DNA of 64,000 bases from positions 1 through 64,000 of IMG/VR virus record IMGVR_UViG_3300042090_002485. One strand, given 5' to 3'. The notes beneath the pieces are model-generated. The model saw nothing but the letters and a program-made list of their open reading frames with translations. It ran no database searches and was not told the DNA's origin. The DNA comes from a virus. Position numbers and translations under genes: made by a program. The stretch's first letter is position 1, and each line of letters starts with the position of its first letter. Below are positions 25,194-35,339 of this stretch, piece by piece.

Positions 25194-26626
25194 TCGGTGA
25201 CGACCTTCGTTGACAAAGTTGACGGTGTCGCCGCCGCCGCAGCAGAGAGCAGCGACCCGATGGCTGTGAGCGCTGCTGCGATTTGGCCTACGGCTGTCGT
25301 TGTGGCGATGGACGGCGTCCCGGTGAATAGGTCTGGGCTGATCGTCGCCACCGCGGTCGCGCCTGCTGCCGTTGCCGCTGCGCCCGCTGCTCCGACCTGC
25401 GACATCACGGTGGCGTTGAACGTCGTGCCCTTGATGTTGGCGTCGACCGCGTTGGCGCCGAGCTTGACCTGGACGTTGGCGTCGACAGTCGAGGTCTCCA
25501 TCGCGGTCGCGGTCCAGTTGCCCCCGGCAGACACCGAATCGTCCCCGCCGGTTGCAGCCTTGCGCGCGCCGCCGACCGCGAGGGTTTGGTCGCCGCCGAC
25601 GCCGAGGTCGTGGTCGCCGCCAACGTAGTCCGTTGAGTCGCTGCCCACCGAGCGCATGGCCGTGCCGCCTACCGACGCTGACGACGCGCCGTCGACGGAC
25701 GTCGTCGAGTCGCCGGTCACGGCGTGCGTGTGGTCCCCGGCCGTCGTCTCGGCGCGGTCGCCAGCGACGTCGTTGCGCATCGTGGCGGTGCCGTTGGCGC
25801 CCGAGGTCAGGTCAACGCCGCCGTCGCCGTAGAGCTGCACGCGGCCGTCGGAGCCGGCGTGCAGGCGGAACAGCGTGCGTCCCTCCGGATCCGCGATGCG
25901 GAAGTCGAACACGTCGCCCTCGGACCCGAGGTCGAGGTAGATGGTCCAGTGCTGCTCGTCGAGACCGGTCTGCGTCGTCTGGTTCGCGCCGGCGCGCAGG
26001 GTTAGCGACGTCTTGCCGTTGTCATTCTGGACGAGGAGCTGGCCGAAGTCGGTGATCTGCTGGAGCCGTCGCGCGAGCGTGCGCAGCGTGCCGGTTGCGC
26101 CGAGCGACTGGAGCATCGCGGTCGGGCTGCCGATCTGTGAGACGCCGCCCTCGAGCACCGCGACGTGGTTGCCGAGCCGGCCGACCTGAGCCCAGTCACC
26201 AGCGGTCATGTCGGTGGGGGCGCCCGGCGGCTTGAAGTTGCTCGTGCCGTCGGTTGGCGTGACGGGGTTGTCGTCGCCGACCCCCGCGACGCCTGTCAGC
26301 GATGGCGACGGAATCGCGGTCTGCACCGCGCCAGGCATGTCGATGCAGCCGATGATTGCGGGGAAGCCCAGCGCGTAGGAGACGACGACGGTTGCCCCGG
26401 TGGGCAGGTGGTCGTAGCTACCGGCGGTCGCCCGGATCTGCGGGACGTCCGAAAGCGGGCGACCGCTGTGCGTCCTGAGCACCGAGGTGTGCGTCGCCGA
26501 GTTGTAGGCGACGACGTCAGCCAGTTCCCATTGTGGGCGTCCTTCGGAGTCGGAGCCGTCTCGCGCCAGTCCCGCTGCGCCGACGTTGGCCGCGCCGCGC
26601 GGAGGACGGAGCGGGTCGGGCCTCAC
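25190..26626 (-). CDS. gp5/VgrG-like baseplate central spike
   Basis: OB-fold-like N-terminus (VVAYNSATHT..V) and VG/GD 8-mer beta-helix repeats (SVGGTAMRSVGSDSTDYVGGDHDLGVGGDQ). Confidence 0.75.
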   Translation of the reverse strand: MRPDPLRPPRGAANVGAAGLARDGSDSEGRPQWELADVVAYNSATHTSVLRTHSGRPLSDVPQIRATAGSYDHLPTGATVVVSYALGFPAIIGCIDMPGAVQTAIPSPSLTGVAGVGDDNPVTPTDGTSNFKPPGAPTDMTAGDWAQVGRLGNHVAVLEGGVSQIGSPTAMLQSLGATGTLRTLARRLQQITDFGQLLVQNDNGKTSLTLRAGANQTTQTGLDEQHWTIYLDLGSEGDVFDFRIADPEGRTLFRLHAGSDGRVQLYGDGGVDLTSGANGTATMRNDVAGDRAETTAGDHTHAVTGDSTTSVDGASSASVGGTAMRSVGSDSTDYVGGDHDLGVGGDQTLAVGGARKAATGGDDSVSAGGNWTATAMETSTVDANVQVKLGANAVDANIKGTTFNATVMSQVGAAGAAATAAGATAVATISPDLFTGTPSIATTTAVGQIAAALTAIGSLLSAAAAATPSTLSTKVVTE

Positions 26627-26638
26627 CTCAGCAACGTA

Positions 26639-26986
26639 TCACGTGCGACGCGTGCTGTTCGGCGCGTTCGTGGGCGGGATGCTGTAGCTTGGACCGCCGC
26701 GCCGCGCATCGACGAACTTGGTGTCCGACCAACGGAACGCGAAGTAGAAGTTGACCACGACCGCTGCGCTGAACACGTGGGTCGCGATGGCGAAGATCTC
26801 CCAGCTCGCTTGGCCTAGCACTGCGAGAGCGAACACTACGTTGGTGTAGGCGAACTGGATGCACGCGGCACAGATGGCTAGGCTCACCGGGTTCTTTCGC
26901 GTCTGCCAGCCTCGGCGGAACCGCACAGCGAGCGGCAGCCACGCGAGCGTGAGCGCCACGGACGCGATGACGAGGTACGCGGTCAC
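26639..26986 (-). CDS. 3-TM membrane protein
   Basis: Hydropathy pattern. Confidence 0.65.
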   Translation of the reverse strand: MTAYLVIASVALTLAWLPLAVRFRRGWQTRKNPVSLAICAACIQFAYTNVVFALAVLGQASWEIFAIATHVFSAAVVVNFYFAFRWSDTKFVDARRGGPSYSIPPTNAPNSTRRT

Positions 26987-27219
26987 GCCTTCTTGCCTGC
27001 CGCTTTGGCGATCTCTTGCGCTGAGGGGATCTTGTGCGTTTCCGTCGGGTCCCGTCCGAACTTCGCGCGGTAGCGCTCCTTGGCTAGCCGTGTCATCGAC
27101 GCGATGTCTTCATTGGTGCGCGCGAGGAACGCGCGACTGCGCCGCCCGCAGAGCACCTCGAGGTAGACGATACGCACCACCACCAGAACGGTGATGGCAC
27201 TGATGATCCATACCAGCAT
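26983..27219 (-). CDS. single-TM protein
   Basis: N-terminal TM segment, basic tail. Confidence 0.6.
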   Translation of the reverse strand: MLVWIISAITVLVVVRIVYLEVLCGRRSRAFLARTNEDIASMTRLAKERYRAKFGRDPTETHKIPSAQEIAKAAGKKA

Positions 27220-27228
27220 GGTGTCTCC

Positions 27229-27546
27229 TTACCCCTGGCCACTTTGCACGGGGGGTGCCGTGCCCGGGCGTCCTGGCGAGGGTGGCAGCTGTGGGGCTGC
27301 TGGTGACAGGTGGTCGACCGTTTTGGCCATGATGGTCACAGCGGTGAGCAGGTTCTGCAGCGCCTCGGTGAAGCGATCGAATCGCTTCTCGACCCGCCAC
27401 ATGAACCACAGGGCGACGAAGACGGGAAAGCCGAACTCTCGGATGATGCTCACTGCATCTTCCGGTCCCACCGAGTTCGCCGAGTCCGCGCTCACCACGA
27501 AGAGTAGGACGCCGAACAGCAGCGCGATCCGCTCGCCGCGCCCCAC
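27229..27546 (-). CDS. YvrJ/BhlA-like small membrane protein (holin candidate)
   Basis: IIREFGFPVFVALWFMWRVEKRFDRFTEAL. Confidence 0.65.
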   Translation of the reverse strand: MGRGERIALLFGVLLFVVSADSANSVGPEDAVSIIREFGFPVFVALWFMWRVEKRFDRFTEALQNLLTAVTIMAKTVDHLSPAAPQLPPSPGRPGTAPPVQSGQG

Positions 27547-27548
27547 GA

Positions 27549-28337
27549 CTACAGTCCGCCCGGGAAGTTGTCCGGCATGACATCGTCGAGGCCGCCGACG
27601 CTGTCGGCGTCGAAGAGGTTGCCGCCCTCGGTGTCGGTGAACCCGAGGACCTCGTCGATGTCGACCGCCGTGATCGGGTTGCCGCCGGCGTGCGGGCGCT
27701 CCACCGACAGCGACAGCGTGTTGCTGCCGAACGGCAGGAGGCGGTCGGCCATGCCCGAGACGTTCTCGAGGATGAGGTTCTGGCCCGCATTCCAGCCGAC
27801 CGCGTAGCTGGTGATCGCGCACAGTTCGGCGTAGAAGCCGCCGACGAAGCCGTGCGTCTTGTCGCGGAAGACCGTCCCGAGCCCGAACGGGATCAGGAAC
27901 AGCTCGCTGTCGAGGTTGATGAAGTACTTCTGACCTGCCGGACTCACGTCCGTGGCCGGGTCGTCGAACAGGGAGGGGTCGATGCCGCCGGCGACCGCGT
28001 TGTGGTTCAGGACGCGGAGCATGTTGCGGCCGTTGACGAACAGCCGCCCCATCGTCCACTGCGTCTGAGCCTTGCCGCTGACGTAGAAGCTGCGGCCGGA
28101 ACCGATGGCCATCATCGGCTGGGTCGGCTTGGTCTGCGTGAAGTTGACCGCCTGCAGCATCCCGATGGGCAGCAGGTTGGTGAAGCCGCTCGCGATGCCG
28201 TAGAGCCGCGCGGGCCCCGCGAGCACGAGCGTGTCGTCGGGGTGCGCCGCCGTGAACGCGGCGTTGTCCATCACGCGCTCGACGTAGCTCTCCTGGAACT
28301 TCCAGGTGTCGAAACTCTTGACTACTCCGAGGGCCAT
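27549..28337 (-). CDS. tail tube protein
   Basis: IGMLQAVNFTQTKPTQPMMAIGSGRSFYVSG pattern; downstream of the sheath gene. Confidence 0.65.
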   Translation of the reverse strand: MALGVVKSFDTWKFQESYVERVMDNAAFTAAHPDDTLVLAGPARLYGIASGFTNLLPIGMLQAVNFTQTKPTQPMMAIGSGRSFYVSGKAQTQWTMGRLFVNGRNMLRVLNHNAVAGGIDPSLFDDPATDVSPAGQKYFINLDSELFLIPFGLGTVFRDKTHGFVGGFYAELCAITSYAVGWNAGQNLILENVSGMADRLLPFGSNTLSLSVERPHAGGNPITAVDIDEVLGFTDTEGGNLFDADSVGGLDDVMPDNFPGGL

Positions 28338-28348
28338 GATGTTTCTCC

Positions 28349-28969
28349 TTAGGGTCGCGCGATCCGCATCCCGTGCGTCGCACCAACGGTGCCGCCGAGG
28401 CCGGCCAATAGGTCTGACAGCGATAGGCCGGTGAGGGGAACTTTATTCGACGACGGCATCTTGAGCAGGTGCTCCAGCCCCATCCCGACGCCCTTGCCGA
28501 TGAGGGCGCCGCCGCCGCCGCCGAGCGCCATGCCGCCGAACGTCTTGGCGGCCTGAGCCGGGCCGTGTCCTGGTCCGTGCAGCAGCGACTGCGCGACCGG
28601 GAAGCCGGGGATCTCTTGCGCCGGAACGTCCCACCAGGGCTCTTGCGCGTGCGCCGCCTGCTTCATCGCGGGGTTCAGCAGCTGCGCACCCTGCAGCGCC
28701 CACGCTGGGATGTCGGCCGACGACGCGTCGAGGGCGTAGGGCGCGCCGGGCGGGATTGCAGGAGCTGCCTTCGCCGCTTCCTCGACTTGCTCCTTGATGA
28801 GGCCGCCGCCGATGCCGCCGGTCATCGCGCCGAGCGCGGCGCCGAGATCGGGCTGCTTGTACCGTGCGCCGATCGCACGTCCCGCGATGCCGCCAAACGT
28901 GGGACCCATCGCCACCGGCAAGATCGTGCCGAGGCTCGCGCGTTTGCGCATGAACCTGTCGAGGCTCAC
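28349..28969 (-). CDS. glycine-zipper membrane-type protein
   Basis: Repeated GxxxG helices; KRA and KQA motifs. Confidence 0.7.
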   Translation of the reverse strand: MSLDRFMRKRASLGTILPVAMGPTFGGIAGRAIGARYKQPDLGAALGAMTGGIGGGLIKEQVEEAAKAAPAIPPGAPYALDASSADIPAWALQGAQLLNPAMKQAAHAQEPWWDVPAQEIPGFPVAQSLLHGPGHGPAQAAKTFGGMALGGGGGALIGKGVGMGLEHLLKMPSSNKVPLTGLSLSDLLAGLGGTVGATHGMRIARP

Positions 28970-29364
28970 CGGATACCTCGGGTGAGGACGCTCGGCGCGC
29001 TGCGATCGAGCGCGGTCGGGCCCGGCGTGCCTGCGAGGCCGCGCAGCAGCGCCTCCTCGGGCGAACGCTGCAGCGCCGCAGGAACGGCGTGCTGGCGGAG
29101 CAAGCGCTCCGGTGCCGCTGCGATTTCGCCTGCGCGCGCGAGCGGCGCGGTCACACGGGCGTAGGCATTCGGGGCGGCCGCGCGGAACGCGTCCTGTCCG
29201 AGGCCGCGCAACGCGCCCATGACCTTGCTACCGGCGTACGTCGCCGCGAGCGCGGGCGCGCCGTGGATCGCCGTCGACAGTAGGTCGAGGATCGACGCCT
29301 CGCGCACTCCGAAGCGTGCGCATGCCGGCCTCGCACCGTCTTGGTTAGCTGCCCGCAGTGTCAT
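28966..29364 (-). CDS. small tagged virion-region protein
   Basis: Starts MTLRAANQDGARPACARFGVREAS. Confidence 0.65.
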   Translation of the reverse strand: MTLRAANQDGARPACARFGVREASILDLLSTAIHGAPALAATYAGSKVMGALRGLGQDAFRAAAPNAYARVTAPLARAGEIAAAPERLLRQHAVPAALQRSPEEALLRGLAGTPGPTALDRSAPSVLTRGIR

Positions 29365-30086
29365 CCCCCGTACCCTGGCTGGGGTTGCTGCATGTGCTGG
29401 CCGAGTGCGCCGCCGGCGGCGCCGGCGACCTGGTCGAACGCTGCGCCGCCCATGCCGCCAGCGATGCGCGGCATGATCTTGCCGGCCATGCCGCCGAGCA
29501 TCTTGCCGCCGGCACCGGCGGCGAGGCGCCCCATGCCCGCGCGCGCGAGGGCGGGACCGGCCACGGAGCCGACGAGGGCGCCGAGGAAGGCTTCTTTGAT
29601 GCCGAAGCGTGCGGCGGCGGCCTTGGCGCCTGCTTCGTGTGCCGCCGAGAGCTTCGCGCGCGCTGCGTCAGCGAACGTCTCTTTCTCGCCGCCCTTGTGT
29701 GCGCCGTACATCATGCCGGGCACGGATCCGAGTGCGCCGCCCACGCCCATACCGACCATGGGGTTGCCCGCGAGCGCGCCGATGAGCGCGCCCAGGCCAC
29801 CGCCGGCGAGGGCTCCACCTGCGCCTCCGAGGATGGATCCACCTGCGGCAGACAAGCCCTGTCCCTTGTCTGCCCCGATCGCGGCGCCGATCGGTGCTCC
29901 GAGACCCGGTAGCGCGAGTCCGCCGAGCAAGCTCCCCAGCGCCGCGTGGTTCGCGAGCTTCTCCTCGCGTCCGTGGTTCTCGCGGTCCACGACGATCTGC
30001 ACGCCGGGACCGCCCGCGGCGCGCGAGTTCACCTCCGCCCCCTTGACGAGGTCGGCGACGAACTTGTCGAAGAACGAGTCGGACAC
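29361..30086 (-). CDS. glycine-zipper protein carrying an internal tag
   Basis: Long GxxxG runs; AHEAGAKAAAARFGIKEAF. Confidence 0.7.
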   Translation of the reverse strand: MSDSFFDKFVADLVKGAEVNSRAAGGPGVQIVVDRENHGREEKLANHAALGSLLGGLALPGLGAPIGAAIGADKGQGLSAAGGSILGGAGGALAGGGLGALIGALAGNPMVGMGVGGALGSVPGMMYGAHKGGEKETFADAARAKLSAAHEAGAKAAAARFGIKEAFLGALVGSVAGPALARAGMGRLAAGAGGKMLGGMAGKIMPRIAGGMGGAAFDQVAGAAGGALGQHMQQPQPGYGG

Positions 30087-30096
30087 GGGGGCTCCT

Positions 30097-32454
30097 TTAC
30101 GCGACGAGGTGCAGTTCGATGACGTTGAGGGGCTTCGGCAGGCCGATGGCGCAGTAGAGGAGCACCCGGTCGGCCGACGTCGGCGACACCGACAGGCTCG
30201 TGATCGAGAACGTCAGCAGCGGTGCGCCGATCTTGGCGACCGTGCGTAGCAACAGCAGCTGCGCGCCGGTGTTCATCGCCGCGCCGAGCAGGGTCAGCGT
30301 GTCGGGCGTGACGTTGTAGATGCCGAGGAAGTTCTCGAGGATGTCGACGAAGAACAGCGACACGAAGTCGAAGTTCTTGACGACGGAGAACTCGCCGCTC
30401 TCGAGCGTCGACGGGTTGGTGGTGAGCTGATGGATCGTGAACGGCAGCGATTGCGGGGTTTGCTGCGCGAACACATACCAGCCGCCGTTGGATAGCGACG
30501 TGAGCTGGTCGTCGGAGAAGTACGTGTTCGAGTCGTAGATCTGGCTGACGCCGGCGATGCCGAGGTTGGTGAACCCCTGCTGCGCGGGCAGGCCCGCGGT
30601 CATGCCGCCGACCGCACATGCCAGGTAGAACCCGGGTTGCGCGGTTCCGCCGACGACGCCGGGCAGGTCGCATTTGTCGGGCCACACCAAGATGGTGCGG
30701 CTCGAGTTGAACGACTGCGCCAGCGCGACCAGGTTGGTGACCTGCTGGTCCTTGGAGAGGTTGCGGATGACCTGGTAGTTCAGCGAGCCCTGGGTGACGA
30801 GCGCGCTGCCGATGCGCTTGACGCCGTGCGGCAGTTCGTTCTGCGTCGTCGAGCTGTCGGGACCGTTGTTAACCACCGTCAGGCGCTGGTTGCTCTGCAC
30901 CTGCGCGACGACGAGGTTGGTGAACACCGATGCGCTGGTGATCGTCGCGTCGGGGTCTGCAGGAAACTGGATGATGTCGCCGGCCGCGACGCCCTGGGTC
31001 ACGAACGCCGCGCTGGGGTCGGTGAGCTGCAGGAACAGGGTCGGACCCGCTGCGGTGATGACGCCGGTCAGGGCGGCCGAGCCGATGCGCACGGTGACGC
31101 CGTCGGACTCGAGGATCTCCGCCGTGATGTTGCACGTGCCCGCGCCCGCGAACGGCGTCGCGATGTTGGTCGTCATGACCGATGCGCTGATGACGGAGGC
31201 GACAGGGTACATGCCGAGCGCGACATCGCCAGCGGCGCTGGTGACCGTGACGTTGAGGATGTCACCGGGAATGACCCCGCCGGAGACCAAGCTTGCGACG
31301 CCCGTCAGCGTGATCTGCGTGATCTGGGACGGCGCGGTACCGGACACCGCCGACGCGGTGCCCGTCGACGACGGCGTGGCCAGCGTTTCGGTCAGCGGCA
31401 GCGTGCCGTTGCCGATGACGACGCGGAACCGCTGCGGGCGGCCTCCATTGTTGTCGGGCAGCGCGCGGCCGATGCAGTCGGAGTTCCACATCGCGAAGAT
31501 GGGCACGCTCGTCGACAGCGGCATGATCGCGTACACGTCTGCGCGTCCCGCGATCAAGTCGCGGCATGCGGTGTGGCCGTTGATGTCGTCGGTCAGCACA
31601 CCGAAGTACTGCACCTCGGACGTCGTGTTCTCGAGCGCGATGAACGCGCCCGCAGCGAGCGGGTTGCGCGCATCGATGCGGCCGAGCTGCGTGGTGATGT
31701 CGCTCTCGGACGCGACCGTGCCCAGTTCGCCGAGGTCCTGGCGAAGACTGCGGTACGCCTCGTAGACGAGGGCGTACTCGACCGGCTTGTTGCCCTGGTT
31801 CGGCACCGGGATCTGGATGCCACCGGAGATGTTCACGATGTTGCCGTTGGTCGTCCAGTACGTGCTGGAGACGGCGACGTCGTGGAGCTGGCGCTTGATG
31901 CGGAACACCTGCGACGAGCCCGGCGTGAACGTGAGCCCGGTGATGTCAGACGTCGTCGTGAGCGACGTGTTCGACTCGACTGCCGCGACGGTGAGCGAGA
32001 TGAAGTGCGTGCCGTCGGAGATCGTGATCGTATCGCCAGGCAGAACGAGCGTGTTGCCGGTCTGCCATTCGCCCGTGGCCGACGTGATGGTGTTCGGGGT
32101 TGCGCCCGACGTGACGCCATCAGTACCGCTGGCGATCACCGCCTGCGCGTCGTCGAGAAAGATCTGGACGCTGGTGTCGTCGAGCACCGCTCCGACCGCG
32201 TTGTTCGGCGGCTCGGCGACGGTGATGTAGTTCGGACCGGTCGGCAGCGCGGTCGCGGGGTTGCCGTTGAGCGTGCCGTACGCGGTCGTGATCTCGATCT
32301 CCGCCTTGTCCGCGTAGGCAGTGGAACCTGGGACGAAGTAGTCCTGGATCCAGTACGCGGGACCTACGGCGAGGCAGTTCAGGTCGGGCGTCGTCGGCGT
32401 GACGGTCTGGGTCGCGAAGTCCTGGTAAACAAGTACGACCGGTCGGATGGCCAT
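30097..32454 (-). CDS. contractile tail sheath protein
   Basis: 785 aa; sheath-type C-terminus (YLACAVGG..GLPAQQGFTN, HQLTT, EFSVVKNFDFV, NVTPDTL). Confidence 0.78.
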   Translation of the reverse strand: MAIRPVVLVYQDFATQTVTPTTPDLNCLAVGPAYWIQDYFVPGSTAYADKAEIEITTAYGTLNGNPATALPTGPNYITVAEPPNNAVGAVLDDTSVQIFLDDAQAVIASGTDGVTSGATPNTITSATGEWQTGNTLVLPGDTITISDGTHFISLTVAAVESNTSLTTTSDITGLTFTPGSSQVFRIKRQLHDVAVSSTYWTTNGNIVNISGGIQIPVPNQGNKPVEYALVYEAYRSLRQDLGELGTVASESDITTQLGRIDARNPLAAGAFIALENTTSEVQYFGVLTDDINGHTACRDLIAGRADVYAIMPLSTSVPIFAMWNSDCIGRALPDNNGGRPQRFRVVIGNGTLPLTETLATPSSTGTASAVSGTAPSQITQITLTGVASLVSGGVIPGDILNVTVTSAAGDVALGMYPVASVISASVMTTNIATPFAGAGTCNITAEILESDGVTVRIGSAALTGVITAAGPTLFLQLTDPSAAFVTQGVAAGDIIQFPADPDATITSASVFTNLVVAQVQSNQRLTVVNNGPDSSTTQNELPHGVKRIGSALVTQGSLNYQVIRNLSKDQQVTNLVALAQSFNSSRTILVWPDKCDLPGVVGGTAQPGFYLACAVGGMTAGLPAQQGFTNLGIAGVSQIYDSNTYFSDDQLTSLSNGGWYVFAQQTPQSLPFTIHQLTTNPSTLESGEFSVVKNFDFVSLFFVDILENFLGIYNVTPDTLTLLGAAMNTGAQLLLLRTVAKIGAPLLTFSITSLSVSPTSADRVLLYCAIGLPKPLNVIELHLVA

Positions 32455-32525
32455 GGGCTAGATCTCCGCGTCCAGAGGGATGCGAGAATTATAGGTTCCG
32501 CACCCTTCGATCACGACGGAGGGGA

Positions 32526-33224
32526 CTAGCGCTGCCAGTTGAGCGCGACGTCCTCGAAGTACTCGGTCGCCGAGTCGAAGCCGCTCTTGGCGACGCGCAG
32601 CGCGATTTCGGCCAGCAGCGGGGCGGTCGGCTTGTTGGTCCACCGCAGCGGATATTGCACTGTGAACGTGACCGATGTGACCCACTGGTCCTTGTCGCGC
32701 GTGGCCGGTTGTACACGCCCCACCGTTACCGGCGTCATGTCGTGGAAGCCGAACTTGGCCTGAACGAGGTCGCTCGAGGCGTGCAAGTAGACGCCAAGGA
32801 TGTCACCGAGCGAAGCGCTTTCCGCGCGCTTGGCCGCCACGCATTCGATGAGGATCGGCACTGACTGCAGGTTCCAGAACCCTTCGAGGCCGGTCTTGAG
32901 GTTTTGACCGACACGGTCACCGATCACGACGCGCCCCATCACCTGGTCATCGCAATCCAAGAAGATTGCCGGGCGGAAGTCGCGGTGGGTCTTGTCTTCG
33001 TTGAAGGCGCTCTCGATCGCGAGCTTCGTGCGCGTGATGTCTGGGCGCCACAGCCACTGGAACTCGCTGCCGACGACGGACTCGGCGAATCGCATGCGCG
33101 CGACCTCGACGAACACGCCGAGCACAGCGAGCTTGGACCCCGGGCGGATGCTGTTGGGCTGCCGCTCGACCGGCGACGGCAGCGGCTTGGGGTCGGGAAC
33201 GTACGTGGGGTTGTTGTCGGCCAT
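32526..33224 (-). CDS. tail terminator / neck-like protein
   Basis: Lies between the neck and sheath genes; ATG at 33224 overlaps the upstream stop. Confidence 0.55.
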   Translation of the reverse strand: MADNNPTYVPDPKPLPSPVERQPNSIRPGSKLAVLGVFVEVARMRFAESVVGSEFQWLWRPDITRTKLAIESAFNEDKTHRDFRPAIFLDCDDQVMGRVVIGDRVGQNLKTGLEGFWNLQSVPILIECVAAKRAESASLGDILGVYLHASSDLVQAKFGFHDMTPVTVGRVQPATRDKDQWVTSVTFTVQYPLRWTNKPTAPLLAEIALRVAKSGFDSATEYFEDVALNWQR

Positions 33225-34063
33225 CAGTAGAGCGGAGGTACGGCGTTGGGGTCGACCGCGAGGGAGTATTCGACGGAGTTGCGCGCGAGGAGCGATGAGG
33301 TGACCTTCTGGTGGACAGTGACGCTCTTCAGCTCGGTCTGGTGGGTGCGCTGGACCTGATAGCGATCGTTCCTGACCAGGTCTACCACGATGTCCTTGTA
33401 CTCGATGAGGGGGTAGTCCAGCACGTTGATGTCGTTCAGCTTGCGGTCGCTGTCGCCACTCGACGTCATGTTGGTCTCGATGGCGGCGGCTTCGCGACGC
33501 CCGCGGATGAAGACTGGCGCCCAGTAGCCGCCCAGGAACGCCGTACCGAAACATGCGGGGCAGTGCTCGAGCGTGGCTTGCTTGGTCACCGGGTCGTAGC
33601 ATTTCGGGCAGCGGTCGCCCCAGCGCCGGCGCTTGAGCACGGCGAGCGGGATGCCGTTCAGGTTCTTGTAGCCCACGGCCTCGTCGTGGAGGATCTTGCG
33701 CTTGAGCAGGCGCGTGCGCGTGTCGAGACCAGGCTCGACCGGTGTTGGCTCGCTCTTGAACGTGTTTGCGAACCCTGACGGTGGAACCACAGTGAGCTGG
33801 TAGTAGATCGCGCGGGAGAGCGCGAACAGGTTGACCGGCTCGCGCCCAGCGTGCGTCGCGGGCGGCGGTTCGTTGAACCTGTTGTCGAGGAACTGGTAGG
33901 CATCGCGCAACCCCGTCGCGATCACTTCCCACGGGCCCAGCGGCGACTCGGAGCGCGCGACGTCGACGAAGAAGTCGCCGCTCTCCTCGGACTTGACGTC
34001 CCACTGCACGAATACCGCGGTTGGGTACAACGCCGTCGTGCGCGTGATGCGGGCTTCGGGCAC
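33224..34063 (-). CDS. head-closure/neck protein with a Zn finger
   Basis: RCPKCYD...CPACFGT.F.GGY; position in the neck cluster. Confidence 0.6.
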   Translation of the reverse strand: MPEARITRTTALYPTAVFVQWDVKSEESGDFFVDVARSESPLGPWEVIATGLRDAYQFLDNRFNEPPPATHAGREPVNLFALSRAIYYQLTVVPPSGFANTFKSEPTPVEPGLDTRTRLLKRKILHDEAVGYKNLNGIPLAVLKRRRWGDRCPKCYDPVTKQATLEHCPACFGTAFLGGYWAPVFIRGRREAAAIETNMTSSGDSDRKLNDINVLDYPLIEYKDIVVDLVRNDRYQVQRTHQTELKSVTVHQKVTSSLLARNSVEYSLAVDPNAVPPLY

Positions 34064-34066
34064 GGC

Positions 34067-34939
34067 TCACCCGAGCGCGGGCGGGCCGCCGCTAGGCTGA
34101 CCCTTGCTCGCGTCCTCGATGTTCGTGCTGTCGACGGCGCCGTCGATCTGGTCGAACGCGCGACGGATGCGCTGTGGACCTTCGTCGCCAAAGCCGACGG
34201 GTGGCGATTTGACGGTCAGGCGCTCCTCGTAGGGGTTCGGCGTTCCGCCGGGTCCGCGTTGTTCCCAGGATGAGTGGCCGTCGGTGCCCCACATCTGCCA
34301 GTCGCCGAGCTTGGAGATGGCGAACATCTTCTCGAGGAGTGCCGCGCGGCGCGCGCGTAGCTTCGCGATGTTCAGGATCTCCGCGACTTTGTTGAGGCCG
34401 CCCGTCATCTGCCCGGGCTCGTCCGCGCTGTTGCGGATGCCCTCGTGGCGGAACAGGTCTGCGAATAGCGATGCCGCCTGTTCGTCGGCGGGCCGCCCAT
34501 CGCGCGCTCGCGCGAGCGAGCTGTCGGCAGTCGTCGCCGCGTGGTAGTGCGGGCTCGTTGACGGGTTGTCACCCTGGCTGGGGTCGCTGCCGAGCAGGCC
34601 CGCGTTGAAGTCGGCCGCCTTCTCCGGGATCCTCTTCGGCGCGTCGCACGAGCCGTAGTGCTTCGCGCGCCGGCACGTCGTGCACAGCTCGGCCGACAGC
34701 TTGCGCTTGGGCTCCGTGCGCGTCGAGCCCTGCTGGTGCGCGTCGAAGATCTGCGACAGCGATTGCGGCGTGGTCGGCGGCGCGAGGTTCGCTTGCGCGG
34801 TCTGCGGGATCTCGGTCGGGCTGCTCTTGGCGCGCAGCACGGCACTGCCGGCGACCGTCGGGTCGGACGGCGCGGCCCAGCCGAGCTTGTGCAGGGCTGC
34901 GAGTTGCCCGTCCGCGAACGCGATCTCGAGGCTGCTCAC
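34067..34939 (-). CDS. tagged internal virion-like protein
   Basis: Starts MSSLEIAFADGQLAALHKLG; several K-x-A motifs. Confidence 0.7.
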   Translation of the reverse strand: MSSLEIAFADGQLAALHKLGWAAPSDPTVAGSAVLRAKSSPTEIPQTAQANLAPPTTPQSLSQIFDAHQQGSTRTEPKRKLSAELCTTCRRAKHYGSCDAPKRIPEKAADFNAGLLGSDPSQGDNPSTSPHYHAATTADSSLARARDGRPADEQAASLFADLFRHEGIRNSADEPGQMTGGLNKVAEILNIAKLRARRAALLEKMFAISKLGDWQMWGTDGHSSWEQRGPGGTPNPYEERLTVKSPPVGFGDEGPQRIRRAFDQIDGAVDSTNIEDASKGQPSGGPPALG

Positions 34940-35322
34940 GGGGACACCACAGCGCCAGGCAGCGGCATCGACGAGGTTGCGTAGTCGTCGTCGTTGCGCT
35001 GCAGCGCACGGTCGATGACGCTGCGTTGGCGACGACCCTCATCTGCGGGTTCGCCGGCCTGGCCGCCGGCGCCGTCGGTCGACGTCGACGCACCCATGCC
35101 GACGTTGGCCGCGAGCTTCGCCGCGCCCGTTCCGATCTCGCCGGGCGACGCGCCGGGGGACACGGGGGACGGCGGCGCGGGCGGCGCGGGCGCGGCCGGC
35201 AGTCCGGGCGCCTTCACCGGCGACTTGATTTTCACTGAGCCGAGCGACGGCTGCGACGGCACGCTGAACGCAGCGAGCGCGACGCGCCCGCCCCGCTCGA
35301 ACATGTCGCGCAGCGCCGCCAT
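34936..35322 (-). CDS. tagged Pro-rich virion-region protein
   Basis: Starts MAALRDMFERGGRVALAAF. Confidence 0.65.
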   Translation of the reverse strand: MAALRDMFERGGRVALAAFSVPSQPSLGSVKIKSPVKAPGLPAAPAPPAPPSPVSPGASPGEIGTGAAKLAANVGMGASTSTDGAGGQAGEPADEGRRQRSVIDRALQRNDDDYATSSMPLPGAVVSP

Positions 35323-35339
35323 GGTCGGGCCTCGCGCGA

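Noticed and set aside
23287-32454. Bacterial contractile injection system (eCIS, T6SS or tailocin)
   Set aside because: Capsid, prohead protease, neck and portal-like genes lie in the same block, so this is a complete phage morphogenesis module
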